A DNA stretch of 64,000 nucleotides from Promethearchaeota archaeon. GTDB taxonomy: Archaea > Asgardarchaeota > Lokiarchaeia > Sigyniarchaeales > SOKP01. The stretch spans positions 1 to 64,000 of the forward strand of contig JAHPZJ010000023.1 in assembly GCA_019058245.1 (NCBI GenBank), in the 5' to 3' direction. The position numbers and the translations under genes were made by a program. The notes beneath the pieces were generated by a model that was given only the letters and a program-made list of their open reading frames with translations, was not told the DNA's origin and ran no database searches. Of the stretch, positions 49,421 to 60,563 are shown piece by piece (positions within the stretch are counted from its first letter, which is position 1; every line of letters starts with the position of its first letter).

Positions 49421-50620
49421 TTATACTTTTTCTCCATGGATTGAAATATCTATTCCAACATACTCTTCTTCCTCAGATGCTCTTAAACCCATAAATTTAT
49501 CAATCACTTTAGCTATTACCCAAGTTACTACAAAAGTATATACAATTGTAACTATAACTCCTACTGTTTGAGTCCATACTTGTCCAGAGTTGCCTGTAAT
49601 TAAACTTGTAGCCCCCACACTAGCAAAAATTCCAGTAGCAATTGCTCCCCAGATACCACCCCATCCATGAACAGCCCACGCATCTAAAGATTCATCAATT
49701 TTCGATTTTGAACGCCAAGTAAGTGCACCATAACAGATTGCAGCAACAACAGCTCCAATTATCAATGCAGCCCATGGTTGAACATAGCCAGCAGCAGGAG
49801 TAATTGCAACTAGTCCCGCTAAACCACCTGTTGCTAATCCAAGAACACTAAATTTTCCTGTTTTATAGTATTCTATAATCATCCAAATTAAACCAGAAGT
49901 ACTCGCCGCTATGTGAGTATTAACCATAGCTAATACCGCAGTACTGTTTGCAGCTAAAGCACTTCCACCATTAAATCCAAACCATCCAATCCAAAGTAGT
50001 CCCATTCCAAGTAATACATAAGGAATATTTGAAGGCTCCATGGGTTCTTTCTGATATCCTTTCCTTGGACCAATAACCAAGGCGATTGCTAAAGACGCAA
50101 ATCCTACATTTATATGAACGACCGTGCCTCCAGCGAAATCTAGGGCGCCTAGAGCTTTTAACCACCCGCCATCACCCCAAACCCAATGAGCTATAGGAGA
50201 ATATACTATTACGAGCCAGATTGAAATAAATATCATGAATGCCTTAAAATTTACTCTCTCTGCGAAAGGACTTGCTATAATCGCTACAGTAATTATTGCA
50301 AACATTAACTGAAACACCATATATAATAGATGTGGTATTGCATCAGAATATACTGGATATGCATCCGTTCCTACTCCAAAAAGTCCAAGGAAATTAAAAC
50401 CTCCAATAAATCCACCACCAATATCAGGAGCAAAAGCAAAACTATAACCAATTATAAACCATGCAACTGTTACAATTGATATTGAGACAAAACACATTGC
50501 CATCATATTTATAATATTCTTTTTACGTAATAGCCCCCCATAAAAGAATGCTAGACCCGGAGTCATAATAAAAACTAACCCAGTACATATTAAGACAAAA
50601 GCTATATCTGCACCCGCCAA
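49421..50620 (-). CDS. amtB: ammonium transporter
   Basis: PGLAFFYGG, DFAGGTVVH, WFGFNGGS, VHGWGG. Confidence 0.97.
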   Translation of the reverse strand: MAGADIAFVLICTGLVFIMTPGLAFFYGGLLRKKNIINMMAMCFVSISIVTVAWFIIGYSFAFAPDIGGGFIGGFNFLGLFGVGTDAYPVYSDAIPHLLYMVFQLMFAIITVAIIASPFAERVNFKAFMIFISIWLVIVYSPIAHWVWGDGGWLKALGALDFAGGTVVHINVGFASLAIALVIGPRKGYQKEPMEPSNIPYVLLGMGLLWIGWFGFNGGSALAANSTAVLAMVNTHIAASTSGLIWMIIEYYKTGKFSVLGLATGGLAGLVAITPAAGYVQPWAALIIGAVVAAICYGALTWRSKSKIDESLDAWAVHGWGGIWGAIATGIFASVGATSLITGNSGQVWTQTVGVIVTIVYTFVVTWVIAKVIDKFMGLRASEEEEYVGIDISIHGEKV

Positions 50621-50904
50621 ATTTATCCACTTTTTTAATATTTTAATTTTATTAATATAATTACTTTTAATTTAGATAATATATATTAAATCTTAAATAT
50701 AATGAAGAATATGAACTATAAAAGGTTAATTGAGAATTAAAATTATAGGTTAAGATCATTTAGTTAATTTTATTAACAATTATGCATTGTATAATAACAA
50801 ATTCTTTCATTTTATGAAAAAGTATGAATTACTCATAATAGTATAAATAAATAATAATCATTAATCAAATTATAAAGGAAAATTATCTAAATTCTTATAA
50901 TATC

Positions 50905-52560
50905 ATGAGAAAATTAAAAATTTGTATAGGGCAAATTAATCCAATTGTTGGAGATATTGAATATAATGCAGATAAAATCATTACAATTATTAGAAAAAAT
51001 CAAGATGTTGATATTATTGTATTTCCGGAAATGGGTCTTGTGGGATATCCTCTGATGGATCACATTCATGATCCGTTAATTAAACATAAAAACTCAGATG
51101 CTATTAAAAGAATCAAAAATCTAAATTCTAAAGCTTCTGTTATTTTAGGAACATTTACAGAACCTAAAGAATTAAAAGGTAAGTTTCAGCCTTTTTACAA
51201 CTCAGGTTTAGTTATTGAAGGTGAAGAATTAAGTTATATTGAAAATAAAAGACTATTGCCAAATTATGATGTATTCGATGAGAGAAGATACTTTTCTTTC
51301 GATAACAAGTTTAAACCTGTGAAAATTAAAGGAGTGAAATGTGGGATCTTAATTTGTGAGGACATATGGGATGAACATTATGAGAAAAATGTTTCAGAGA
51401 ATTTGGTGATGAATGGAGCAGAAATATTGATAGTAATTAATGCTTCTCCATATCATATTAATAAATTTAAACAAAGGGTTGAACTTATTTCTGATAAAGC
51501 TAGAAATCTAGCAGTTCCTATCTTTTATATTAATATGGTTGGGGGTCTTGACGAAATTATATATGATGGACAGAGTTTTGTAAGTAATAAGTATGGTCAG
51601 ATAATTTTCAAAGCGAAAGCGTTTGAAGAAGATGACCCTATTGTAGAAATAGCAATTGATTCAGATAGTCCTATTGAAGAAATAAATTATGAAATAGATT
51701 GGAGAGAAGAAGTACTTGAAGCACTTAAATTAAATATAAGAGATTATTTTTCTAAAACGGGTTTTTTTAAAGGTATAGTTTTAGGATTAAGTGGGGGAAT
51801 TGATTCAGCTTTTACTGCTTATACTTGTGCTAAGGCAATTGGATCGGATAAAGTAACGTGTATTATGATGCCAACCCGTTTTACTTCAGAACAGAGTATT
51901 AATTTAGCTCGTGATTTATGTGAAAACTTAGATATAAAATATATCATTCATCCAATTGACGATATTTTTCTGAGCTATAATCAGGATTTTAAGAAAAATT
52001 TGGGAGATTTACCATTTGATATTGCAGATGAGAATCTACAGGCTAGAATTCGTGCAACAATATTAATGTATTATTCCAATAAATTTAATTGGCTATTAGT
52101 TTCCACAGGCAATAAATCTGAGATAGCTGTTGGATATTGCACGCTTTATGGAGATACCTGTGGGGGAAAGAATATTCCAGGAGATCTTTTAAAAATACAA
52201 ATCTATGATATTTGCAAATGGATTAATCGAGAAAAAGAAGTAATCCCTAAAGGTATTATTGAAAGACCTCCAACTGCTGAATTGAGAGAAAATCAAAAAG
52301 ATGAAGACTCATTACCACCTTATAACATATTAGATCTTATTTTGAATGAGATTATTAAACATGGAATAGGCAATGAATTAAATCACTTGGAAAAAAAAGC
52401 AATTGATAAAGAAACCATAAATTATGTAAGAAAATTATACTTGAATTCAGAATTTAAACGTAGGCAATTAGTTCAATCAATAAAAGTGAGTGAAAGTGCC
52501 TTTGGTATAGGACGTCGATATCCAGTATTAAAAAAAATAAATTTAGATAATGAAATTTGA
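50905..52560 (+). CDS. nadE: glutamine-dependent NAD+ synthetase
   Basis: FPEM, LPNYDVFDERRYF, ICEDIW, LSGGIDS, ENLQARIR, TGNKSE. Confidence 0.96.
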   Translation: MRKLKICIGQINPIVGDIEYNADKIITIIRKNQDVDIIVFPEMGLVGYPLMDHIHDPLIKHKNSDAIKRIKNLNSKASVILGTFTEPKELKGKFQPFYNSGLVIEGEELSYIENKRLLPNYDVFDERRYFSFDNKFKPVKIKGVKCGILICEDIWDEHYEKNVSENLVMNGAEILIVINASPYHINKFKQRVELISDKARNLAVPIFYINMVGGLDEIIYDGQSFVSNKYGQIIFKAKAFEEDDPIVEIAIDSDSPIEEINYEIDWREEVLEALKLNIRDYFSKTGFFKGIVLGLSGGIDSAFTAYTCAKAIGSDKVTCIMMPTRFTSEQSINLARDLCENLDIKYIIHPIDDIFLSYNQDFKKNLGDLPFDIADENLQARIRATILMYYSNKFNWLLVSTGNKSEIAVGYCTLYGDTCGGKNIPGDLLKIQIYDICKWINREKEVIPKGIIERPPTAELRENQKDEDSLPPYNILDLILNEIIKHGIGNELNHLEKKAIDKETINYVRKLYLNSEFKRRQLVQSIKVSESAFGIGRRYPVLKKINLDNEI

Positions 52561-52639
52561 AGAATTTCAATATAATTTTTACATAAAATATTATCTTATT
52601 AATAAAATTGTATCATCTTCATCTTAAATGGGATTCTTT

Positions 52640-52818
52640 TGTCCAGTGAATTTTATCAATTATCATAAATTTTTCATTATAATTTAGGTTCTATAGAAAA
52701 TTTAATAATCTTGTCCAGAGAATATTCTAGGATTTGCTTTTCTGTCCATAATATATAGGTTTTACTGGTCAAATATAAACCTTTATATATTGTTTCACAC
52801 TATTTGTTCATAATATAA
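52640..52818 (+). promoter_or_regulatory. glnA2 promoter with phased TGTCCA boxes
   Basis: TGTCCA 52640, 52712, 52743; TGGTCA 52766; TATA 52782; TGTTCA 52805. Confidence 0.75.
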
Positions 52819-52884
52819 TTTAAAAAAGAAAATATAATTTAGTATAATAAAATATATTTGAAGAAAAAAATAGAATGAAAAGAA

Positions 52885-54237
52885 ATGATTGAAAAAGATG
52901 ATCCAGAACGCTGGAAAATTTGCGATAAAGTTATAGAGACGGTAAAAGAGCAGGATATCAAACTAGTTTACTTTCAATGGACCGATATTCATGGTATACT
53001 TAAATCATTTGAGATTAATGCAAAACGAATCGAAGATTTTCTCCAAGATGGAGAACATTTCGATGGAAGTTCAATTACTGGATATGGAGCTATAGAAGAA
53101 TCCGATAAAACTGCTATACCAGATCCTAGTACTTTTGCAATTATGCCTTGGCGAAAGGAGAAAAAAGTCGCTAGATTCATCTGTGATATATACAAACCAG
53201 ATGGAAATAGATATGAAGGTGATCCGCGTTATATCCTTCAAAAAGCAGTTAAAAAAGCTTCTGAATTTGGATATACTTATTATTGCGCTCCTGAACTTGA
53301 GTTTTTCGTAATCGATACAGATACTGAGAAGGCATTTAAACCTGGCGATTTGCGTGGATATTTTGATTATGATCCTTATGATATCAACGAACGAATGAGA
53401 TATAGGATTAATGAATATTGTGATGCTATGGGAATTGAAACTGAAGCAATACATCATGAAGTTGCCTATGGTCAACATGAAGTAGATTTTAAATATGATA
53501 AAGCAGTAACATCAGCGGACAATACGGTTACCCTTAAAACCATAATTAAAACTGTTGCAGCTGAAGATGGTATGATTGGAACCTTTATGCCAAAACCATT
53601 TGCAGGTATCAATGGTAGTGGTATGCATGTTCACCAAAGTATGATGAAAGATGGAAAAAACGCTTTCTATGATGAGAAGGATAATAATTATATATCAATG
53701 ACCATGAAGAAATTTATCGCAGGACAATTAAAACATGCAAAAGCGATGTGTGCAGTGTTAAGTAGTTGGCCAAACTCTTATAAACGTCTAGTTCCTGGAT
53801 ATGAAGCTCCAGTATATATAGCTTGGGGTTTTAGGAATAGATCACCATTAATAAGGGTCCCCGATTTTAGTGGAAAGCCAAGTTCTGCTCGCTGTGAGAT
53901 ACGATGTCCAGATCCTGCAGGGAATCCCTATCTTCAATTTGCTGTTTTATTAGCGACAGGTTTGGAGGGAATAATATCTGATGATATTGAAGTTCCTGAA
54001 GCTACTGATAAAAATGTATATCATTTTTCATCCAAAGATCTTGAAAAAGCAGGAATTGATGCATTACCGGGAAGTTTAAGGCAGGCCATTATAGAATTTA
54101 GGAATTCAGAATTTATGAAAGAAATATTTGGAGAAGAGCCTTGGAAAAACTTCTATTATGCTAAATTGGAGGAATTTGACGCCTATAGAATTAATGTAGG
54201 TCAATGGGAAAGAGATAGATATATTGTAAAATTGTAA
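52885..54237 (+). CDS. glnA: glutamine synthetase type I-alpha-like
   Basis: FDGSSI, PELEFF, HHEVA.GQHE, FMPKP, NGSGMHVH, SYKRLVPGYEAP. Confidence 0.95.
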   Translation: MIEKDDPERWKICDKVIETVKEQDIKLVYFQWTDIHGILKSFEINAKRIEDFLQDGEHFDGSSITGYGAIEESDKTAIPDPSTFAIMPWRKEKKVARFICDIYKPDGNRYEGDPRYILQKAVKKASEFGYTYYCAPELEFFVIDTDTEKAFKPGDLRGYFDYDPYDINERMRYRINEYCDAMGIETEAIHHEVAYGQHEVDFKYDKAVTSADNTVTLKTIIKTVAAEDGMIGTFMPKPFAGINGSGMHVHQSMMKDGKNAFYDEKDNNYISMTMKKFIAGQLKHAKAMCAVLSSWPNSYKRLVPGYEAPVYIAWGFRNRSPLIRVPDFSGKPSSARCEIRCPDPAGNPYLQFAVLLATGLEGIISDDIEVPEATDKNVYHFSSKDLEKAGIDALPGSLRQAIIEFRNSEFMKEIFGEEPWKNFYYAKLEEFDAYRINVGQWERDRYIVKL

Positions 54238-54401
54238 TTTTTTTTTTATTTTTTTTTTTTAATGAGTTCAGATGATAAAAAATATTAAAATCAGCAAAAG
54301 CTTTTTTAGATTTATAATAGATTTTCTTGCTTTTAATAAGATAATAATTATCTTACAAGATAATGAACAATATTAGACTAAAAAAAAACGATGGACGTTA
54401 C

Positions 54402-54653
54402 TTAAAATAAATCTGGGTACATCTTTTCGATATTTTCCATAGTCTCAGAAAACAAATTGTATAAAACAATATTGTCATAAACAAGTATATTCTCATAAAA
54501 ATAATCTAAAATTTCATTAGCAAGTTTCTTATCATTCTTAGGATCAATTTTAGGTTTTAAATTGAATAAAATTTCAAATTCTTCTCTCAACCATGTTAAT
54601 TCATTTTTTAAGCTTTCCTCTAAAACTTGTAGATAATTTATACTAACTTCCAT
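54402..54653 (-). CDS. small acidic hypothetical protein
   Basis: 83 aa, GAGG SD. Confidence 0.6.
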   Translation of the reverse strand: MEVSINYLQVLEESLKNELTWLREEFEILFNLKPKIDPKNDKKLANEILDYFYENILVYDNIVLYNLFSETMENIEKMYPDLF

Positions 54654-55004
54654 ATCAATACCTCAATCCCTTAATTTATTTTAATAAATCCTTTTTCTTT
54701 GTATTAAATGAAATAATATGGTTATTTATAATTTTCATAGACCAATCTTTACATAAACTAAGATTTGAAAAAGCTTTTCTTTGGAATCTATTATTATTTT
54801 TTTTTTAATTCTTTTGAGTTATAACCATACTATCTGAAGTATATTATGGTATCAAAAATAAAGTCTTAATCTATATATATAATGAGCATGGTTATTTCAG
54901 CCTTAATTTATGTTGTGTTGAAAATATTATAAGTTTTTTAAAAATTGTTTATTATTTCTTGTAATCTCAAAATTTTAAGAAATTTTAAGAAGGTTGGAAA
55001 TTAA

Positions 55005-55532
55005 ATGTCTGGAAAATGGATAGGAATTTTTCCTATTATATGTGTTGTGTTACTGATCGTTTCATTGTTTTTACCAATAATGGGGCTAAGTATTTTTAGT
55101 TTTGGATTGATAGATCCTGCTATAACTGGAGATATCATGCCTTTTGGAGGAGGAATCTTAGATGAGCTTGAGCCATATGTTGCGACAGTTCCAAAAGCTG
55201 GTGACATACAAAATGCTTTTTTTTGGGTTGGGATAATTTTTGCTGTATTCTTCGCGCTTGATGCTTTATTCTTGTTTATTGGAGGAATTAGAGTAATGAC
55301 TGGAAGCAAAGAACTCGAAAAAGCTAGAAAAAAGTGGTTAACGGGAGGATTATCAAGGATTATAAGTCAAGTTATCCTAATTGTAGTGCTGCTTTTTTTT
55401 GTTCCCGACTTAATATCAGATTATGCCCCTGGACTAGAAATAACTTTTTCAATAGGACTAGGGATGATAATGATAATCATTGTAGGCGGAATTTTAGTTT
55501 TCGCATGGATCTTAGCCAAAATCGCTGATTAA
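55005..55532 (+). CDS. hypothetical 4-TM membrane protein
   Basis: hydrophobic segments. Confidence 0.7.
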   Translation: MSGKWIGIFPIICVVLLIVSLFLPIMGLSIFSFGLIDPAITGDIMPFGGGILDELEPYVATVPKAGDIQNAFFWVGIIFAVFFALDALFLFIGGIRVMTGSKELEKARKKWLTGGLSRIISQVILIVVLLFFVPDLISDYAPGLEITFSIGLGMIMIIIVGGILVFAWILAKIAD

Positions 55533-55686
55533 ATAAAGATATAATTATAAATCATTTTTTTTAAGTAAAAATAATCAATCTAATTTTACAGCCTCGAATA
55601 TTATTTATTAACTTATTTTTCTTATCAACTTTCTCATTAAAGAGGAATTTTCTTTCTTTAGATAGATATCAAGTATATTTTCTCTT

Positions 55687-57519
55687 TCAGATTTGTTTTA
55701 TTTCCTTCATTTTTTCTATATATTCTAAAGATTGGTGGCGGAAATATGTATTGTAAAGCTCAGCATACATTCCACCCTTAGCCATTAACTCTTCGTGATT
55801 TCCTTCTTCTATAATTTTCCCATGATCAAGTACAATTATTCTATTGACATGTCTTACGGTCCAAAGATGATGAGCAATTATAATTGATGTTCGTCCTTCT
55901 ATTGTTTTTTGCAAGGCATCTTGTATTTTTGTTTCGGTGAAGGGATCAACTGAAGCAGTAGCTTCGTCTAAGATGAGAATCGCTGGGTTTTCTAATAGAA
56001 CTCGGGCAAAAACCACTAATTGTCTTTGACCCATTGAAAGACGGCTACCCCTTTCACCAGTATCAGTTTCTAATCCTCTTGATAAATCCTCGATCCAATC
56101 AGAACCACTAGTTGCATTTAATGAATTAATAACATCTTCTTTTTTTGCATTTGAACAACAATATTTTATATTATTTTCAATTGAATCTGCAAAAAGAAAT
56201 GGTGATTGAGGAATAATTCCAATTTGTCTACGATATTCTTTAAGGTCATAATTTCTGATGCTTATCCCATCTATTAAGATATCTCCGCCTTGGAATTCAT
56301 AAAATCTTGCTAGAAGCTTAGCTAAGCTAGATTTTCCAGCACCAGTATGCCCAACAATGGCTATAGATTCTCCAGAATTAATTGATAAATTAAAATTATT
56401 AAAAACACCCTTATTATTTTCATACTGGAACAAAAGGTTCCTGATTTCTATATTACCTTTTAATCTTGATGGCTTAATACTATCGTTTTGAATGATCAAT
56501 GGTAAAGTATCTATTAGTGCAAAAATTCGTTCGGATGCCGCCATTCCCGCTTGAAAAGTTGGCCAAAATGCAGCAATCGATAATAACGGAAAAAATAAAT
56601 AATTCACACCTTGAAGAAATAAATTCAGGTCTCCAGCGCTTATTGTCCCTCCCAAGACATTTTTTCCACCAAAAAGAACTAATAAAGTTATTGTAATTCC
56701 TTGTATGATTCCTAAGGATGGGAAAATGGCATTTAATATAAATGCCCTTCTTAAATTGACCTTATAAGAAGTATCATTTACTTTATTAAATTTTTCATAC
56801 AATTTTTCTTCTTGACGAAATGTTTTTGCTATTTGAATGCCAGAAAAACTCTCTTTAACAAAATCATTAACAGATGCTAGAGCTCTTTGACCTAATAATG
56901 TCTTTTTTCTAGCTATTTTTCGAAATGATAATGCTAGGATAAAAAAGATTGGAACTGCAATTATTACTGCTAATGTTAATAAAATATTTATAAAGAACAT
57001 AATGATCAGTAAAAAAAAGACAATCAATATTGATGAAATTAATTGAATAGATAAATCTACAGTAGTTCCAAAAGTCTCACTATCTGAATTTACTCGACTA
57101 ACTATTTTACCTGTTGGATTTCTGTCAAAAAACGAAAGATCATGATTTAAAACGGCATCCGTGGCATTTTTTCTTAGATCTAAAACAACACCACCTATAA
57201 CTCTAAAAGCATATCGTTGCTGAAAATAATTAAAAACATAACTTAATAAATTAAAAATAAGAATTAGAATAATTACAGCGAATATACTGAAAATATTTCT
57301 ATTTGTCTCTAAATTATTAATAATTATACTGGTTAAAACTGGAACAAAAGCAGAAGTAATAGATGCAACAGATATAAAAAAAATAACAATTGACATTGAA
57401 CGTTTATATGGATGAAAATAAGATAATATCCGTTTTAATAAAAACCTATCAGAAAATTCTCTATCATATTCTTCAGCTTCTAAAGCCCACCCATACGCCA
57501 ATAACTTATGCCTCCTCAC
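55687..57519 (-). CDS. ABC exporter subunit (TMD plus NBD)
   Basis: GHTGAGKS, LSMGQRQ, ILDEATA. Confidence 0.93.
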   Translation of the reverse strand: MRRHKLLAYGWALEAEEYDREFSDRFLLKRILSYFHPYKRSMSIVIFFISVASITSAFVPVLTSIIINNLETNRNIFSIFAVIILILIFNLLSYVFNYFQQRYAFRVIGGVVLDLRKNATDAVLNHDLSFFDRNPTGKIVSRVNSDSETFGTTVDLSIQLISSILIVFFLLIIMFFINILLTLAVIIAVPIFFILALSFRKIARKKTLLGQRALASVNDFVKESFSGIQIAKTFRQEEKLYEKFNKVNDTSYKVNLRRAFILNAIFPSLGIIQGITITLLVLFGGKNVLGGTISAGDLNLFLQGVNYLFFPLLSIAAFWPTFQAGMAASERIFALIDTLPLIIQNDSIKPSRLKGNIEIRNLLFQYENNKGVFNNFNLSINSGESIAIVGHTGAGKSSLAKLLARFYEFQGGDILIDGISIRNYDLKEYRRQIGIIPQSPFLFADSIENNIKYCCSNAKKEDVINSLNATSGSDWIEDLSRGLETDTGERGSRLSMGQRQLVVFARVLLENPAILILDEATASVDPFTETKIQDALQKTIEGRTSIIIAHHLWTVRHVNRIIVLDHGKIIEEGNHEELMAKGGMYAELYNTYFRHQSLEYIEKMKEIKQI

Positions 57520-59344
57520 ATCTTTTAATTAATGTATCAATTTCAACATCAAATTTTTTGATAAAAATTCGTTGATAATCTTCTGAAGTTTTTAATAATT
57601 CTTCATGAGTTCCTTTTGCTACAATCTCTCCTTTATTCAATACAATTATTAAATCAGCCCATCGAATTTGACTTAAACGATGTGTGATAAGAATTGTTGT
57701 CCGATTTTTGAGGATATTTCGAATAGCTCTCTGAATTTTATCCTCTGTATTAGAGTCAATTGCTGAAGTAGAATCATCCAATATTAAAATCTTGGGGTTT
57801 ACAAGAAAAGCACGAGCAATAGCGATTCTTTGTCTTTCACCACCACTTAATTGAACACCTCTCTCTCCAACTTCTGAATAATATTGATTTGGTAAATTAG
57901 AGATAAATCCATGTGCTTGAGCTTCTTTTGCCACTTCAACTACTTGTTCTATTGAACCTGTATATCCAAATGATATATTTTCAAAGATAGTTGTAGAAAA
58001 CAAAAATACATCTTGATCTACATATGAAATTTGATTTCTCAACGAATTTAAAGCATAATTACGAATATCAACATTATCAATCAAAATTCTGCCTTCATCG
58101 ACATCATATAATCGTGAAATTAATTTTGTTAAAGTTGTTTTACCTGATCCAGTAGTTCCTACTAATGCTAATGTTTGACCAGGTTTAACTTCAAAACTAA
58201 TATTTTTTAATACTTTTTTTTCACTCCCAGGATAGCTAAAAATTACATTTTCGAATTTAATATCACCTTTAATTTCATTTTTATAACCTCCAACATTTTC
58301 ATCAATTTCTGTTTTCTTATTCATGAATTCAAGTAATCTTTGAGCACTGGACACCGCTAGTCTAATTATTGCAAAAACAAAAATAGATATAAATGTAGGA
58401 AATCGTAATAATGCTAATAATCCTAAATATGCTATTACTTGACCGATATTCATTAACCCTATTAAATTAAGGATTATAGCATGTATGAGCCCTCCAGTTA
58501 TAGTTAAAGCTAAAATTAGCAGTGGGAGATATTTTGCTTCAACATCACCTTGTTCAACATATGCATCTCGATAATTATTAGCATTTTCATAATATTTTTT
58601 ACTTTCTCCGCTTTCTTGGGCACTTGCTTTAACAACTTCAATTCCAGTTAAAGCTTCATTCAATGTTGAGTTCATCATTCCATAGAAACTACGCAATTTC
58701 CCAGTGATAGGGCCAATTTTTCTAGTATATGATTTTAGAGCAAAGAAAAACAATAATGAGAAAATTAATGGAGCTAAAATTAATTGCGAAGGATAAAAAG
58801 CGAGAATATAGAAAAGAGGGACTATTAATGAAGTAAAGGACTCAAAAATAAGGGAAATTGCTGGACTAATTAAGAAATTCATTGTTCGAACATCATCGGT
58901 TGCACGAGCCATTAATTCTCCAATTTTCTGTTGATCATGAAATGATTGACTTTTGCCCAGTAGATTAGAAAAGAATTCTTTTCTACAATCTCTCTCCAAT
59001 CTCTGTGCTATTACTTCACGTAACATATAATTAATTAAACGTAATATAGGAGTTCCTACACTTAATAATAATATAAAAGTAGTATAAAAAAGCAAACTTG
59101 ATTGTTTACCAATTAGAAAATCTGTAATAGCGTTCCCAATAACTACTAGGATAGCTGATGATAGATTAGCTGCTAAAATTGTTGTAAATAATACAATAAT
59201 AAATAAAAGTTTATTAGAGCGATAAAAAATATGAGATAAAATCCATCTTCTCGACCCTATCTGTCGTGCTTTTTCAAAAGGATCGTTTCCTGGAGAAAAT
59301 TCAACGTAATTTGTATTAATATTTTTATTTGTAATGCTCCGCAT
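57506..59344 (-). CDS. ABC exporter subunit (TMD plus NBD), heterodimer partner
   Basis: GTTGSGKT, LSGGERQR, degenerate ILDDSTS. Confidence 0.93.
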   Translation of the reverse strand: MRSITNKNINTNYVEFSPGNDPFEKARQIGSRRWILSHIFYRSNKLLFIIVLFTTILAANLSSAILVVIGNAITDFLIGKQSSLLFYTTFILLLSVGTPILRLINYMLREVIAQRLERDCRKEFFSNLLGKSQSFHDQQKIGELMARATDDVRTMNFLISPAISLIFESFTSLIVPLFYILAFYPSQLILAPLIFSLLFFFALKSYTRKIGPITGKLRSFYGMMNSTLNEALTGIEVVKASAQESGESKKYYENANNYRDAYVEQGDVEAKYLPLLILALTITGGLIHAIILNLIGLMNIGQVIAYLGLLALLRFPTFISIFVFAIIRLAVSSAQRLLEFMNKKTEIDENVGGYKNEIKGDIKFENVIFSYPGSEKKVLKNISFEVKPGQTLALVGTTGSGKTTLTKLISRLYDVDEGRILIDNVDIRNYALNSLRNQISYVDQDVFLFSTTIFENISFGYTGSIEQVVEVAKEAQAHGFISNLPNQYYSEVGERGVQLSGGERQRIAIARAFLVNPKILILDDSTSAIDSNTEDKIQRAIRNILKNRTTILITHRLSQIRWADLIIVLNKGEIVAKGTHEELLKTSEDYQRIFIKKFDVEIDTLIKRCEEA

Positions 59345-59484
59345 TTTCTGAATCTTCTTTGGTAAACATTTTAATTCACTTTATATTATTTACGAAATAT
59401 TTAATTCTTAATAGGTTTTTTACATTTAAATTATAAATTTTTATAATTCTATATTATTAGAGTTAACTTTGGAGTAGGAAAACT

Positions 59485-59979
59485 TTGGAATTCTTGATTA
59501 GAAAAGCCTCTGTTGAAGATGCTGAGAAAATAGCCTCTATATGGTCAATTATTTGCTCGGAAAGAACGTATTCTGCTGTAAATAAACCTTTTACCCCTGA
59601 ACAAGAGAAAGAATATATATCTAATCTTTCTGATCGTGAAGGTATCTTTGTGGCTGAATATAAAAGCCAAATTATAGGATTTCAGTCATTAGATATATGG
59701 ATGGATTATATAGATTCATTTGACCATGTTGGGACTATCGGGACTTTTATCCATCCTAATTGGCGTAAAAAACAAATAGGAAAAAAATTAGCTACCTTTA
59801 TGTTTAATTTTGCCCGAAATAACAGCTATGAAAAACTTGTTATATATGTTCGAGCTAGAAATAAAATTGCAATAGATTTCTATAAAGATCTAGGTTTTGT
59901 CGAAAAAGGTGTCCTTACAAAACAAGTAAAAATTGATAATGTTTATGAAGATGAAATATTTATGGAAAAGTTTCTTTAG
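59485..59979 (+). CDS. GNAT family N-acetyltransferase
   Basis: IHPNWRKKQIG, N..AI.FY..LGF. Confidence 0.88.
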   Translation: MEFLIRKASVEDAEKIASIWSIICSERTYSAVNKPFTPEQEKEYISNLSDREGIFVAEYKSQIIGFQSLDIWMDYIDSFDHVGTIGTFIHPNWRKKQIGKKLATFMFNFARNNSYEKLVIYVRARNKIAIDFYKDLGFVEKGVLTKQVKIDNVYEDEIFMEKFL

Positions 59980-60098
59980 TTTTGCTGATACTTTTTGTAC
60001 ACAAAAAATATTGCTAATGTTAACCAGTTAATAATTCCGACAAATTTCTATGATTTATTAAGGATTAATTTAAATATAAAAACAATTATAAACTAGTT

Positions 60099-60239
60099 GT
60101 GTCCGATAAAGTAATTGCATATGATATAAGGTTGGAAGAAGAACTAGAGAAAGCAAAGCTTAAAATCTGGTTATTAGAAGAGTTGCAACTAATTCCAAGA
60201 GAATATCATAAATTGATCCTAGAGAATTTATCTAAATAA
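60099..60239 (+). CDS. small helical hypothetical protein (46 aa, probably leaderless)
   Basis: GTG about 23 nt after TTTAAATA; MSDKVIAYDIRLEEELEKAKLKIWLLEEL... Confidence 0.4.
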   Translation: MSDKVIAYDIRLEEELEKAKLKIWLLEELQLIPREYHKLILENLSK

Positions 60240-60278
60240 TTACAACGTTCACATACTTTCTAAATTTCTATAATATTC

Positions 60279-60563
60279 TTAATCTTCATAATTCCTCTTT
60301 GTACTAATTAAAGTCGTCGTTGTTTCTATACATTGAGATAATTCTATGTCAGTTCTGCAAAATGTGACAATTTCATCTAAATCCTCTAGATTGCTAAATT
60401 TACATTCAATTAATAGATCCCAACCACCATATAATGGCGTTACATAAGTGATCTGCCATTTTTCACTTTTTTTCTCAAAATTCAAATTTCTTAATTTTTC
60501 TGATACTTTCCACTGTGTTCCAATGATTTTCAGTCGAATTAAAATGTAGCCACGATAATAGAT
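60279..60563 (-). CDS. stand-alone Lrp/AsnC ligand-binding (RAM) domain protein, probable ATC start
   Basis: Frame extends 26 codons upstream of the track start to ATC 60563 directly after TAG; RGYILI first strand, LYGGWDLLI, TTTLI; AGGTG SD. Confidence 0.7.
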   Translation of the reverse strand: MYYRGYILIRLKIIGTQWKVSEKLRNLNFEKKSEKWQITYVTPLYGGWDLLIECKFSNLEDLDEIVTFCRTDIELSQCIETTTTLISTKRNYED

